A stretch of 64,000 bases of DNA from the NCBI GenBank assembly GCA_918797485.1, contig CAKKNE010000001.1, positions 6,138,001 to 6,202,000 on the forward strand. The letters are read 5' to 3'. The notes beneath the pieces are model-generated. The model had not been told where the DNA came from, searched no databases, and saw only the letters and a list, made by a program, of their open reading frames with translations. Shown here piece after piece: positions 50,228 to 60,945 of this stretch; within the stretch, counting starts at the first letter, position 1; each line of letters starts with the position of its first letter. The position numbers and the translations under genes are program-made. Source of the DNA: Pelagomonas calceolata. Taxonomy: Eukaryota.

Positions 50228-51919
50228 CTAGGCCAACGTCCCCGCCCGGCGCATCTCGTCCAGCAGGCGAAGATGCTTGTCGACGGGCGCGATAGCGTGG
50301 GCCACGGCCATCCCCGACCCGCACACCGCTGGGACACCTATACCGGGAAACGTCGAGTCGCCGCAGCAGTAGAGCCCGTCGACCGGCGACGCGTGGCCGG
50401 GGAAGGTTTGCTTTCCAGCAGGCCAAGCGCTCCCATAAGTTCCTTCCGGCCGCCGCAGGAACCGTTCATGCGTGAGCGGCGTCCCGATGGACGAATAAAC
50501 AGCGCGTTCGCGGATGTCCGGGATAAACTCTTCCACGGCCTTCCACAGCACCTCTCCCCTCTCCTCTTTCTTCTCCCGATACGCCTCTCGGTCCAAACCG
50601 ACCCAGTCCGCGTAGGGCTCCGTCGCCGGCAAGTAGGCGTGCAGGACGTGGTGGCCCGCCGGCGCCGCGTCTTTGTCTAGCACCGACGGAATCGAGATAA
50701 ACACGAGGTTATCATTCGCAGTCACATCTGACCAATCCCGGACAATGATGTGGTGCACCGCCAGCGGATCCAGGCCCGTCGCGTCGAAGCCGCAGTGCAG
50801 ATGTAGAAATGAGGGCGTCTTCGGCGCCGTCGCGTCGAGGCACGACCCCACGGTGCCGTGCACCGACGCCGGAAGGAGCCTCGCCGTCGCCCAGACCGGC
50901 GCGTTCGACACGACGTGGGTCGCGCGGCGCTCGGAGCCGTCCTTGAGTCGCGCGCCGACGGCGGCGCCGTCTTCCACAATGATCTCGTCGACGTGCGCCT
51001 TTGTCAAGATTTCTCCGCCGTGCTTCGTGATGGCCCGCTCGAGGGCCGCGGCGATCGCGGGGGAACCGCCCATGGGGACGTCCATGACCGCGCCGTCGGC
51101 GAAGAACTCCTTGATCATGAACGACACCGCCGCCGCGGACGTCTCCGTGACCGGAAGACCCGAGAGCGCGAAAGCTAGAAAGTCGAACCAGCGGTAGACC
51201 AGCGACGTGGGCTTGATGCCGGCCGCGTCGAGCACGCGCGAGAAAGGCCCCGACGGGTCGACTCCTTTGAGCAGGAAATCCGCGCCGAAGCGCGCCAGGA
51301 GCGTCGGATCTAGCTTCGGCACGTAGCTCGACACAGCAGTTTGTAAGGCGCCCACATCGGCCCGGAGGGCGATCGGCGGGACGCCAGCGACGAGCGCGGC
51401 GAGCGCCTCGTTCGCGGCGAGGAGTTGTCGCCAGTCGGCAGCCGCCGACGCGCCGCCGAGGCGTCGCAGCTCCGCCTCGAAGGCCCGCTTGTCGCCGGAC
51501 TTGACGCGAAAGACGCCCTCGGGCACGTACATGGTCCACTCGTTGTATGACTTCCATTCCGGCGTCTCGCCGACCGCGTCCAGTACTTGGCGCAGCGGGT
51601 TCGACGACGGCGCCGAGCAACCGCTAAACAGCGACGGCCCGCTGTCGAAGTGAAACGTCCCAGCAGCCGTGCGGCGCTCGAAGCCGTGCGCGCAGCCACC
51701 GATTCGGTCGTGCGACTCGCAGACGGTGACCGAGTAGCCGTACTGTGCTAGCAGTGCGGCTGCGCTGAGACCACCTAAGCCGGAGCCGATGACGACGCAA
51801 TCGCTGGTGCCGTCGCGTTTTGCTGCGGAGAGTTGTGGTGCACGCGTCGAATGCGTCGTCGGTGTGATGAATGCATCGCTTGTGCATGCCACGAGCAGCA
51901 GTACGACGGATGACAGCAT
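50228..51919 (-). CDS. Carotenoid isomerase (CRTISO)-like FAD oxidoreductase, plastid-targeted
   Basis: Bipartite leader (SDA-F); VVIGSGLGGL, FDSGPSLF, TPLTHERFL...GTYG and GDSTFPGIGVPAV. Confidence 0.88.
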   Translation of the reverse strand: MLSSVVLLLVACTSDAFITPTTHSTRAPQLSAAKRDGTSDCVVIGSGLGGLSAAALLAQYGYSVTVCESHDRIGGCAHGFERRTAAGTFHFDSGPSLFSGCSAPSSNPLRQVLDAVGETPEWKSYNEWTMYVPEGVFRVKSGDKRAFEAELRRLGGASAAADWRQLLAANEALAALVAGVPPIALRADVGALQTAVSSYVPKLDPTLLARFGADFLLKGVDPSGPFSRVLDAAGIKPTSLVYRWFDFLAFALSGLPVTETSAAAVSFMIKEFFADGAVMDVPMGGSPAIAAALERAITKHGGEILTKAHVDEIIVEDGAAVGARLKDGSERRATHVVSNAPVWATARLLPASVHGTVGSCLDATAPKTPSFLHLHCGFDATGLDPLAVHHIIVRDWSDVTANDNLVFISIPSVLDKDAAPAGHHVLHAYLPATEPYADWVGLDREAYREKKEERGEVLWKAVEEFIPDIRERAVYSSIGTPLTHERFLRRPEGTYGSAWPAGKQTFPGHASPVDGLYCCGDSTFPGIGVPAVCGSGMAVAHAIAPVDKHLRLLDEMRRAGTLA

Positions 51920-52375
51920 CGTCAGCGTGTGAGACCACCCCAAATACGAATCACAGGCGTCGTAGCGCTGCTCGAAGCGCGTTGCTTCGCTGCTCTGGTG
52001 TCGTAAGATGTCTGAAAAGCAGCTGGCAAGGCGTGATTGGCAACAGCAGCCGTGTCAGTGGCGGACACAAATCGACGCGAAACCCGTTTTGCCGCATTTG
52101 GTTTGATTTTCGACGCGACGTGCAGCTGTTTGAGTATCCTTCAGTTCGCTAATGGTCCAAAGAGACAAATAGGACGACTCCTGGGGGGTGAAAAAATTAA
52201 TTTCTGGATGTCGCGATACTGACGACGGCACCATGGCGGGCGCGTCGATGGAAACCTGTCAATTCGTGGTCCTGAGGTCTCCCTGGGGTCGCCTAGGGTC
52301 GGTACTAGACGTGCGCAATCGCCTACACCGCATGCGCGGGCGCTTCCATCGGTGGATACATATCAGTACAGGTCC

Positions 52376-53656
52376 TCAGCCACAACATTGGCTGGAGCAC
52401 AAGTCCGCCAACTTTTCGATCCGAGCTCTCTGGGGAGCTCCAAGTACGGGCGCATGCGGCGCGGGCGACAACCCACCACCAGACCTATCCCAGAGGGCGT
52501 CCGCGAGCCGATCTACATCCGAAAAAAGTAGACAATTTGGACCCGATGGCGCCCCGTTCCCGTCAAAAACGTCAATTACCCGAGGGCCCCCAGTAGTCGC
52601 CGTAGCGGTCTCGTTGGACCCCATACTACCCCAACGATAGTCAATTACAAGTATATGACATCTACACCGCGAGAAGGGTACTTTTGGCTGCCCACGCTCG
52701 GGACGTGAACATCTTGATCTGGACCTCGCGTAAGTCGGTCGGTCATGAAACAAATGATCGCGTTATGGTCCATGGTGATGGTACACGGGCTGATGGTCGC
52801 AGGTCCAAGTATGCTGCTCGTCTTTGATAGATCGTGGGCCCGGGAGACCGACGACCCGCGCCGAGCATCTTTGGGTCTCGGAGCAATGTAGTACATGTTC
52901 AGCCCGGTCGGATGGCCCATCCCATCAAAAAAGCGCCTGAAACGCAAATTTATTTTATAACTCACCGGTCTGGGGCCAATTCAGTGCCCCGCGTACGCAC
53001 CGTCGTCCGCGGAGAACGGGCAAGTCGGTCGATTGTGAATAGAACAACGGCGTTATGGTCCATCTGGGTGGTGGCGTCGCTGATACTCGCGGGTCTAGGT
53101 TATTTGCCCGGTATCATCTAAACGCGCGGTACCAAAGTCGCCGATTCGCGCGGCTCTAACGGAGCACCTAAAATAGATGAGTATTTGTTCAATCGGCCTA
53201 GATGGACTCTACCACCAACAAACGGAAGGAAACGAACATAAACTTGGGAGTTGTCTAGTAGAATTCTTTTCCCGCCCTCCGAGCGCGGGCCGTCGGCTCC
53301 GGTTCCGTCGATTGTGTATGAAAACTGGGCTGGAGTTGATATGATGTATCATTTGGACGGTAGAAGGCGCCGTCAATCGCTGGTGTATTTTGGCGAGCCG
53401 CGAGACCTAGTGATCTAGCGTATCGACATACTAGGAATCCGTATATATGTATGTGTGTGTGTGTGTGTGTATACATACATAGTATACATGTATAGAGGCA
53501 TAGGCGGATGGCTTTTGAAAACAGACCTCTCCGACTGACCCCCGAATAGTGAAGTTCAAAGCTTAATTCCCGCTCTGGGCTCGGCGGCACTTCTAAGGAG
53601 GAGTTGGACGACGCCGCAGCGCAGATAGACTCATAGACTAATCCATCACGCATCAT
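52376..53656 (-). pseudogene. Decayed low-GC coding relic with tandem serine-recombinase(resolvase)-like repeats
   Basis: Fragments YARS, RPASIS...NAVVLFTIDRLARSP, NAIICFMTDRLTRGP...RGVDVIYL and LLFSDVDRLAD, separated by stops and frameshifts. Confidence 0.45.
53452..53470. repeat. (TG)n microsatellite
   Basis: tgtgtgtgtgtgtgtgtgt within TA/TG-rich sequence. Confidence 0.9.
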
Positions 53657-53749
53657 CTTACGCGAATGACGTGGGGTAGGGAGTAGGGAAGGGGAGTGGG
53701 TTCGCCCGAGAGCCCACGAGAAAACCGCGACTCGGTTGTCAACTGCGAC

Positions 53750-54403
53750 TCAGTTGTCGTTTTCTTCGCCCGCGGCGGCCAAAAGACCAGGAAAGATCAC
53801 GACGCCGAAGAACAGGCCGCACGCGATGATGATCGAATACAGCTGGAAGTAATACAGCTGTATGTACTCGTAGCGCGCGAAGGCCATGTCCTTCGACTCG
53901 TAGGTCACGCCGCCATGCGTCACCGAGACGTCGTTCACGTTCTTCTTGCGGTAGAACGCGATAGCCTGCTTCATGTTCTTGCGCGTGAGCATGTTCTTGC
54001 CGCCGCGCGTGGCGCGCGCGTTCGTGGCCTCGCTGCCGGACTCGTAGCCCTCCACTAATTTTCTATGGGTGTTCTTGCTCTCGCGGTCGACGCGCGAGCC
54101 CGGCCTCAAGACCAGGCTGCCGAAGAGGTCCGTGTCCGTCTTGCTCGCCACGAATAACCCCGTCGTGAGCGCCGCGAAAAGCGCCGCGACGACCAGGAGC
54201 ACGAGCCACGGCCGTTTGCCGACGACGTTCTTGCCAAACCAATAAAAGGCGCGCTCGCCGGGGCCGCGGTCCGCGTCCGCCGCGAAACTTGGCTTGGTGT
54301 GCGAGAGCTCGCGCGACGCCGTCGTGGGGTAGCTCGCGTCCTCGACGGACTTCACGGCCTCGACGTCGGCCTTGGTTTCCTCGGCGACGTCGGCGGCGGA
54401 CAT
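53750..54403 (-). CDS. Internally deleted NPC1/Patched-family protein (first TM and luminal start fused to the last TM)
   Basis: N-part VGKRPWLVLLV...PGSRVDRE. C-part MAFARYEYIQLYYFQLYSIIIACGLFFGVVIFPGLL resembles the NPC1 terminal helices. Only 217 aa. Confidence 0.6.
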   Translation of the reverse strand: MSAADVAEETKADVEAVKSVEDASYPTTASRELSHTKPSFAADADRGPGERAFYWFGKNVVGKRPWLVLLVVAALFAALTTGLFVASKTDTDLFGSLVLRPGSRVDRESKNTHRKLVEGYESGSEATNARATRGGKNMLTRKNMKQAIAFYRKKNVNDVSVTHGGVTYESKDMAFARYEYIQLYYFQLYSIIIACGLFFGVVIFPGLLAAAGEENDN

Positions 54404-54735
54404 TTTTCTGGTGTTACCAGCGTCGTCTGCCGTCGCTGACTAGCGTGCGCGTCCGCAAGCTCAGCTTCTGGTATGCTCTGAGAGTTTCTATCGCTCCCAA
54501 CGTTGGCCGTGAGTTTTCTTTGGTTATCGCGATTTGCGTCGTATCTCAGAGAACTCGAAAGCGCTCTCACAATCCAACCTAAGCTCCTCGCTGGGTAGCA
54601 CGAGGATACCAAAAGTCGTGGGCAAAGGTCCCCCAGCCAGGCCAGCCATTCGCCAGACGCATCCGACCGCTTCCCGTCGCAACACGCGCTGCAGATACCT
54701 CTCTCGCGGAAAACAGAGGTAAACGCGGGGGCTAG

Positions 54736-54758
54736 GCTAGCGACTGTAAGACACTAGC
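54736..54758 (-). promoter_or_regulatory. Recurrent intergenic motif, copy 9 (reverse)
   Basis: gCTAGCgactGTAAGACACTAGc lies between divergent starts at 54403(-) and 54922(+). Confidence 0.65.
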
Positions 54759-54921
54759 AAGCAAGTAAGCTTGGCTGAACTCGCATAAAACGAGCATATT
54801 ATTAGCCTAGACCTGGTTCTGGAGACAGCATTCATCAACCCTTCGACCGTTGCGACCAACCCTTCATCGCTGCGACCGGTGAGGGAGCAGCCAGGCACAC
54901 AGCACATTGAGCACAACACCA

Positions 54922-57842
54922 ATGGGCAAAGGCGGCGCCCTACGAGCAGGCCTCAACGGCCGCTTTAATGTGGGAGGCCGCGTCTCCGTCTTCCAAATAC
55001 TGTCGAGAGGCAGCGCTGCTCGGCGCGTTGTAGCCGTCGGCGTCTTGTTGCTCACGCTGGACGTTATCCTGAGTGCAGCGGCGCAGTGGCTGGCGGCCGG
55101 CCGACGCATTCATTTCTCGTACAGCCTGCGCCACGACGCCAGCGATATAGTCGGCCTGGCGCTCTTACGCGTGCTGGTGCTGCCCACGTTGGCCACTGTC
55201 GCGCACCGATCGTGGCACGCGGTCTCGCGCTACTCGGCGCGCGAGGATGGCTACGAACGTCTAAATGATGACAATGAGCTCGGCTTACGCAAGGCGAAGG
55301 CGGACTTAAGGCGAGATCTGTGGCTGGGGTTCTTGTTCGTGGTGGCGTCGGTGTGCCAGGGCTACGTCGGCGTCAAGCTGTGCGTCTACGATCTGGAGGA
55401 CGTCCCACAGGAGCGACGAGCGGCATGTGTCAGCGTGTATTCGTGCCTTCGACTGCTCGACGGCGTGACTCTCCCCCACGCCATCGCCGCGACTCACAAA
55501 ATGCAAAACACAGGCCTTCGCCGTCTGCGTCGGCCTCACGACTCTACTCATAAATGCGGAGGCGTGGCTCCTCAGCAACCTCGTCCAGTCGCAGACGCGG
55601 GTGCTGGCGGCGCTGCGACCCTCGCTGCACGCGCACGCGCTCGAGCTCAGTCAGACGACGTCGAACTGGTGTGACATCTGTGGGATTCGTATCACGACGC
55701 CGACGCTGTGGCGCTGCCATCCATGCAACTTCGACGTCTGCCCGAAGTGCTGGGAGGCGCGCGACGAGACCACGGCGTCGCCGCTCCACCAAGACGGCGC
55801 GCAGAACGGGCGCGGCCGGGGCCGCGGACGCGGAGGCGGCGGCCGGGGCCGTGGCCGTGGCCGGGGCCGGGGCCGCGGCGGCGGGCGTCCGAGCCCGGCG
55901 CAGCAGGCCGAGGTCGAGATTACGAACTGGGACATCGTGCGCGAGGCGGCGAAGCTCATGCGTCCCTCCTGGTGGCTCGTGGCAACGGCGCTGGCCTGCG
56001 TTGTCGCGTCGGGCGTCGCGAGCCTGGCGCTGCCGTCGTACCAGGGCAAGATCATCGACGCCGTCTACGCTCGAGATCGGAGCCGCTTCCGCAAGATGCT
56101 CGAGCTCTACCTCGTCTTCTCGGTGGGCACGGCGGCGACGCAGGCCCTGCGGGCGCTCTGCTTCCAGGTCGTCGGCCGGCGCCTCGCGTGCGCGCTGCGG
56201 AACGAGCTGTATGCCGCCATCTTGAGGGCGGAGATCAGCTACTTCGACTCGACGGCGAGCGGCACGCTCACGAGCCGCCTGACGCAGGACGTCCGCCGCG
56301 GCGTCGAATTTCTGCTCGACGGCGTGGGCGTCGACCCGGTCGATGGCCACACAGGTCAATCAGATGACATTTCCTTTGACGACATTGCTCGGGTCGCTCG
56401 TCGCTGCGGTTATCTCGCTCATCGGCGGCGTCGCGATGGCGTTCTACACGTCGTGGCGCCTCTCCATGCTCGCCTTCACGACGGTGGGACCGATCGTGCA
56501 CGTGACCCAGGCTTATGCCCAGTGGTCCAGAGATCAGAATCGACGGATCCTAGCCCATCTCGGTGAGGCAAATGCCGCGGCCACTGAGGCGTTAGCGAAC
56601 GTGCGTACCGTGAAAGCGATGGCTACTGAAGATCGCGAGGCGAAGCGCTATGCCGACCACACGATGGCCGCGCGAGACCGCGGTATTATCGACGCCTGCC
56701 TGAACGCGCTGACGTCTATCCTCACGAATATTCTCGATTACGGCTCGGGCTGGCTGATTCTCTTCTACGGGGGCGCGGAGGCCATGAGAAAAGGCTCTGG
56801 CCTCTCGGCGGGCGAGCTCGTCACCTACCAGCTCTACTTTAACAAGATCCAGTCGTCCTACAACCAGCTCGTGAATTTGCTCTCGTCATTTACACGTGCG
56901 GGCGGTGCCGCGCAGCGTGTCTTGGGCCTTTTGAAGGCCATGCCGTCGACGGACGCGGGCGGTGACGCTCCACAGGGCGGCGGTCGCGGCGCGGCTTTAG
57001 CCTACGACGACGTGCACTTCACCTACGCGTCGCGGCCCGACGCCCCCGTGCTCAAGGGTCTGAGCCTCGACATTCCGGCGGGGTCGACGCTCGCCTTAGT
57101 TGGCCGCTCCGGCGCGGGCAAGACGACGGCGCTCAACCTCCTGCTGCGGTTCTACGACCCGAGCCGCGGCCAGATCACGATCGACGGCGTGCCTTTACCG
57201 CAGCTCGACGTGCGCTTGCTGCGACGACAATTTGGTGTTGTCGCGCAGGACACGGAATTATTTGATACGACGATTTCCGATAATATAGCGTACGGCGCAG
57301 CGGCGGGCGTGGGCGACGGGGAGGTGCGCGAGGCCGCCGAGGCGGCTTTGGCTCACGAGTTCGTTCAGGCCTTTCCTAGAGGTTACGACACGCGGGTCGG
57401 AGAACGCGGCGTCCGGATTTCCGGCGGACAGAAGCAAAGGATATCGATAGCTCGCGCGTTCCTGAGAGATCCGCGAGTGCTCTTATTAGATGAGGCTACG
57501 AGCGCATTAGATGCGGAGAGCGAGAGCAAGGTCCAGGCCTCGCTCGACGCGCTCGTGGCGCGCGCGTCGGCGACGGTCGTGCTCGTGGCCCATCGGCTCT
57601 CCACCGTCCGCAATGCGGACTGCATTGCAGTCCTCGGCGAGGCCGGCGTCGTGACCGAGCGCGGGACGCACGATGAACTCGTGGCGAGGGACGGCGTTTA
57701 TGCAGCGCTCGTGCGAAGGCAGCTCCAGACGTCCGCGAATCAAATCACCGAGGCCCAGGTCGACGCCGCGGCGCAGGAGGTCGAAGTCGAGGCCGCCATT
57801 GATGAGCTCACGCCGGTCAGGGCCTCGACGCCCCCGAAGTAG
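54922..57842 (+). CDS. ABCB half-transporter (TAP/ABCB9-like) with extra N-terminal TMD, zinc finger and RG repeat; introns 55423-55513 (GC-AG) and 56291-56354
   Basis: Both introns restore the frame (ERRA|AFAVCV; RLTQD|VNQM). Motifs YFD...SGTLTSRL, GRSGAGKTT, ISGGQKQR, LLLDEATSALD and AHRLST. Confidence 0.88.
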
Positions 57843-57869
57843 AATGTGTAATTGTATTACGTTGTAAAA

Positions 57870-58716
57870 CTAGCCGTGACCGCGAGATCCGTGGCCCGCA
57901 CCCGTCCCGCGCTTTTTCGAGAACGTCGAGCACCCCGTCACGTTCAGTGCCGTCGGGAGCCACTCGGCGTAGCGCTGCCGCGAGAGCATGTAGGAGATTT
58001 TTTTGTCTTTCTTGCCGGGGTACGAGAGCCGCGCCCCGGGTCGCGGGCGCCGCGCCATGCACCAGTCTGTCTGCGCAATGACGTGGGCCTTGGCCTTGTG
58101 GAGCAGGGCTAATCCCGCCAAATACGTCGCGAGCGTGTCGTTGAATGCGTGGAGCGCCGGCACGTCGTACTCGGGAATCAGCTCCATCGAGTGGTTTCGC
58201 TTCAGTATGCGTTTGAGACCTCTCCACCAAGCCGTACGGGGCGGCTCGTCGCTCATCACGAAGACGCGTCTGATATTAAACGGCGTCGCCGCGGCGACAA
58301 TTTTGGCAGCGGCGTGGGGCGGCGAAGTGCACTCCTCGAAGCCCCAGGGCAGCCGGTCGCCCCGCCGGATGCGGGCCGCGTAGAACTTTTCACCTTGGAG
58401 CGTCTCGGCGAACGCGCGGTCGGCGGCCTTCATGACGCACGAGCTCCCGTCCGCTCACGAAGCCGTGGACCTCGGCCCGGATGTCGACGCCCCAGCGGCG
58501 GGCGTCGCGTTGCGCGCGCGTGATCATGGTGGTGATCGAGGACGGCACGGTCGTGTTGCGCGGGTCGTCGCGGTCCACGTAGAAGTAAAACGTGTTGAGC
58601 GTCGGCGGCTTCGTGCCGTTGAGCCAGGCCTTTCTGGCGCGCCGACTGGCGCGCGACGTCGGCTTTTCGCGCGCCGCGGCAAGTGCTATGACGGCGAGGA
58701 GGCTTCCGCGACGCAT
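57870..58716 (-). pseudogene. O-fucosyltransferase-like gene with a frame break near 58450
   Basis: The signal-anchor ORF from ATG 58716 is out of frame with the ORF carrying YAARIRRGD and VFVMSDE. No convincing intron links them. Confidence 0.45.
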
Positions 58717-59009
58717 GCTTTGAGCAACAATGCTGTGATTTTGACAGCTTTTGTGCACAATTGAGTTATCGGTCAAGGGCCATAGAAGCGGTCCATTTTC
58801 TCACTCGGAGGGCACACTATGATAACGACCGACTTCTCCTTACGCCGATGAAGCAATTATGCCGCGAGACGCTGCCGCGGAGCGCATTTGACTGAGAAAC
58901 CCGTTTTGTTTCACGGCGGCGCCGCGCGCGCTGGACGTACACGCAGGGATAATAATGAGGACCCATAAAATACAACAAAATAAACAACAAACATTACGAA
59001 AAGGAACAG

Positions 59010-59594
59010 CTAGTCGCCCGCCGCCATGTCGAGCCGTAGGATATCTTTGTTCCACGCCCACGTCCCGTACTTGAAGAACGCCAACGGGCTCCGGAGCGAC
59101 TCGCCCCGAAAGCCGAGCTTCTCGTAGAGGCGCCGCGCGCCGGCGTTGTCCGTCTCGACCTCGAGCGTCACGCACTCGAGGCCGCGGGCCCGCGCGAGGG
59201 CGAGCGCGTCCGCCACTAACGCCGTCGCGACGCCGGCGCGGCGGCACGACTCCTCGACGTACAAGTCGCTGATGTGGGCGCGGCGGGGGAGCGCGCTGCC
59301 GCTCGCCTCGCGTGCGGCGACCGCGCACGTCGCGATGACGTCCGTCGAGTCGCCGCGGCAGGCCACGAGCTGCGTCGCCGAGGGACTGCAGAGCATGTCG
59401 CGCAGCGTCTTCATCGTCTCGGCGCGGGCCTCGTCCGAGGCGCCCTCGGCCGCGTCGAGGAGCACCTTCGTCAGCGGCCGCGCGGAGGCCTTCAACGTCG
59501 TCGCGGCGTCGAGGAGCAATGGCGTTTTGGCCTGCTGCGTCGTGAACTGCAGGGCTTGCGCGATTGCTGCGCAGAGGAGCAGCAGCGCTCGCAT
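59010..59594 (-). CDS. GNAT (RimI-like) acetyltransferase with signal/plastid leader
   Basis: HISDLYVEESCRRAGVATAL and LEVETDNAGARRLYEKLGF. Confidence 0.85.
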   Translation of the reverse strand: MRALLLLCAAIAQALQFTTQQAKTPLLLDAATTLKASARPLTKVLLDAAEGASDEARAETMKTLRDMLCSPSATQLVACRGDSTDVIATCAVAAREASGSALPRRAHISDLYVEESCRRAGVATALVADALALARARGLECVTLEVETDNAGARRLYEKLGFRGESLRSPLAFFKYGTWAWNKDILRLDMAAGD

Positions 59595-59759
59595 GGTGTT
59601 GGGCCGCGGAGCCGATGCAGCGGTGTTAAGCGTTGTTTTCGAGTCGTGCTGCTGCCGCACACGCGTGGTTTACCGCGTTTTGATCCGTGCGCCACGGCTG
59701 TGTCCAGACTTCAGGACTGCTGAAGAGAGTTGCTGAAGGCTGGAGAGCAGCTGTGCTGC

Positions 59760-59968
59760 ACGCGACGCGGCAAGGACTATACGTATCGGTGAGCCCCGCT
59801 CGTGCCCGCAAAAAGCGAGCACTTGAGACCTGCACGCGTGCCGCGCGTAACCGCTGTGCTCCACGAGTGAGCTGAGGAGAGTGCAGGCTGCACTTGTCGC
59901 ACACGCGCAACGCGACGCGGCAAGGACTAATACGAATCGCTGAATCTATCGTGCCGCGTAACCGCTTT
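59760..59968. repeat. Local duplication in the divergent GNAT/LipB spacer
   Basis: ACGCGACGCGGCAAGGACTA occurs at 59760 and 59910; gtgccgcg(cg)taaccgct occurs at ~59838 and 59951. Confidence 0.75.
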
Positions 59969-59985
59969 CCAGTGCCAGAGCATCG

Positions 59986-60810
59986 ATGCTCAGGATGGTG
60001 CTCTGCGCAACGCTGCTCGTGCGGCGCGGCGCAGGCGTGGCGATGCGAACGGTCGCGTCCCAAGCCAAGCGCAAGAACGCGCCGGCCCAGGCGCAGGGCG
60101 TCTTCGAGACACTGAACCGCGAGGCGCGGCCGACGGTGCGGCTGCTCGACCTGACGGAGGGCGAGCCCGTGCCGTACGCCCGGTGCACGGACCTCCAGAC
60201 GCGGCTGGTCGACGAGTGCATCGACGGCGCGCGGGACGCGCTGGTCCTCGTGGAGCACCCCCACGTCTACACGCTGGGGCGCGGGGCGACGCACGAGCAC
60301 GTGTTGTTCGACGCCGAGGCCCCGGGCGCGCCCGAGCTGCACCGGGCCGAGCGCGGCGGCGACGTGACGTACCATGGGCCCGGACAACTGGTCGCCTACC
60401 CGATCCTCAACCTGCACAACTACAAGCGCGACTCGCACTGGTACCTGCGGGCGCTCGAGGAAGTTGTGGTCAGGGCGTGCGACAAGATCGGCGCGTCGGG
60501 CGCGGGCCGCGCGCCGAAGCACACGGGCGTCTGGCTGGCGGGCCACAAGGTCGCCGCCGCGGGGGTCGCGATGCGCAAGTGGGTGACGTACCACGGCATC
60601 TCGCTGAACTACGCCGTCGAGATGGAGCGCTACGGGGCCATCGTGCCCTGCGGCCTCGATCCCGTGATCGAGCCCGTGGGCAGCCTCGACCGGCACCTCG
60701 GCCGCGCCGTGGACCTGCGCGGCGAGCTCGTGCCCGCGGTGGTGGAGGCCTTCGCGGACGTGTTCGAGTGCGAGCTGCAGCGGCGGGAGCCTCCGGAAGG
60801 AGTGTTGTAA
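59986..60810 (+). CDS. lipB: Octanoyltransferase (lipoate biosynthesis), organellar
   Basis: EHPHVYTLGR, RGGDVTYHGPGQLVAYPIL, TGVW...KVAAAGV, TYHGISLN and IVPCGL. Confidence 0.92.
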   Translation: MLRMVLCATLLVRRGAGVAMRTVASQAKRKNAPAQAQGVFETLNREARPTVRLLDLTEGEPVPYARCTDLQTRLVDECIDGARDALVLVEHPHVYTLGRGATHEHVLFDAEAPGAPELHRAERGGDVTYHGPGQLVAYPILNLHNYKRDSHWYLRALEEVVVRACDKIGASGAGRAPKHTGVWLAGHKVAAAGVAMRKWVTYHGISLNYAVEMERYGAIVPCGLDPVIEPVGSLDRHLGRAVDLRGELVPAVVEAFADVFECELQRREPPEGVL

Positions 60811-60945
60811 GTCTAGACCACCATGACGTGTTTTTATGCGATGGGGGAGCGATGGGGTTCGACGTGCAAGTGACGCGCCGTGGAGGCGCGCCCGCAAGCA
60901 ATGAAGGGGCAGTTGTTGGGGGAACGGCATGGTTGGGGGTCAGCT

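Noticed and set aside
52834..53121. Plus-strand small membrane ORF
   Set aside because: Synonymous substitutions between the repeat units support the minus-strand frame instead.
53415..53434. CTAGCGTATCGACATACTAG as an 11th copy of the promoter motif
   Set aside because: The core is too divergent and it lies inside the decayed island.
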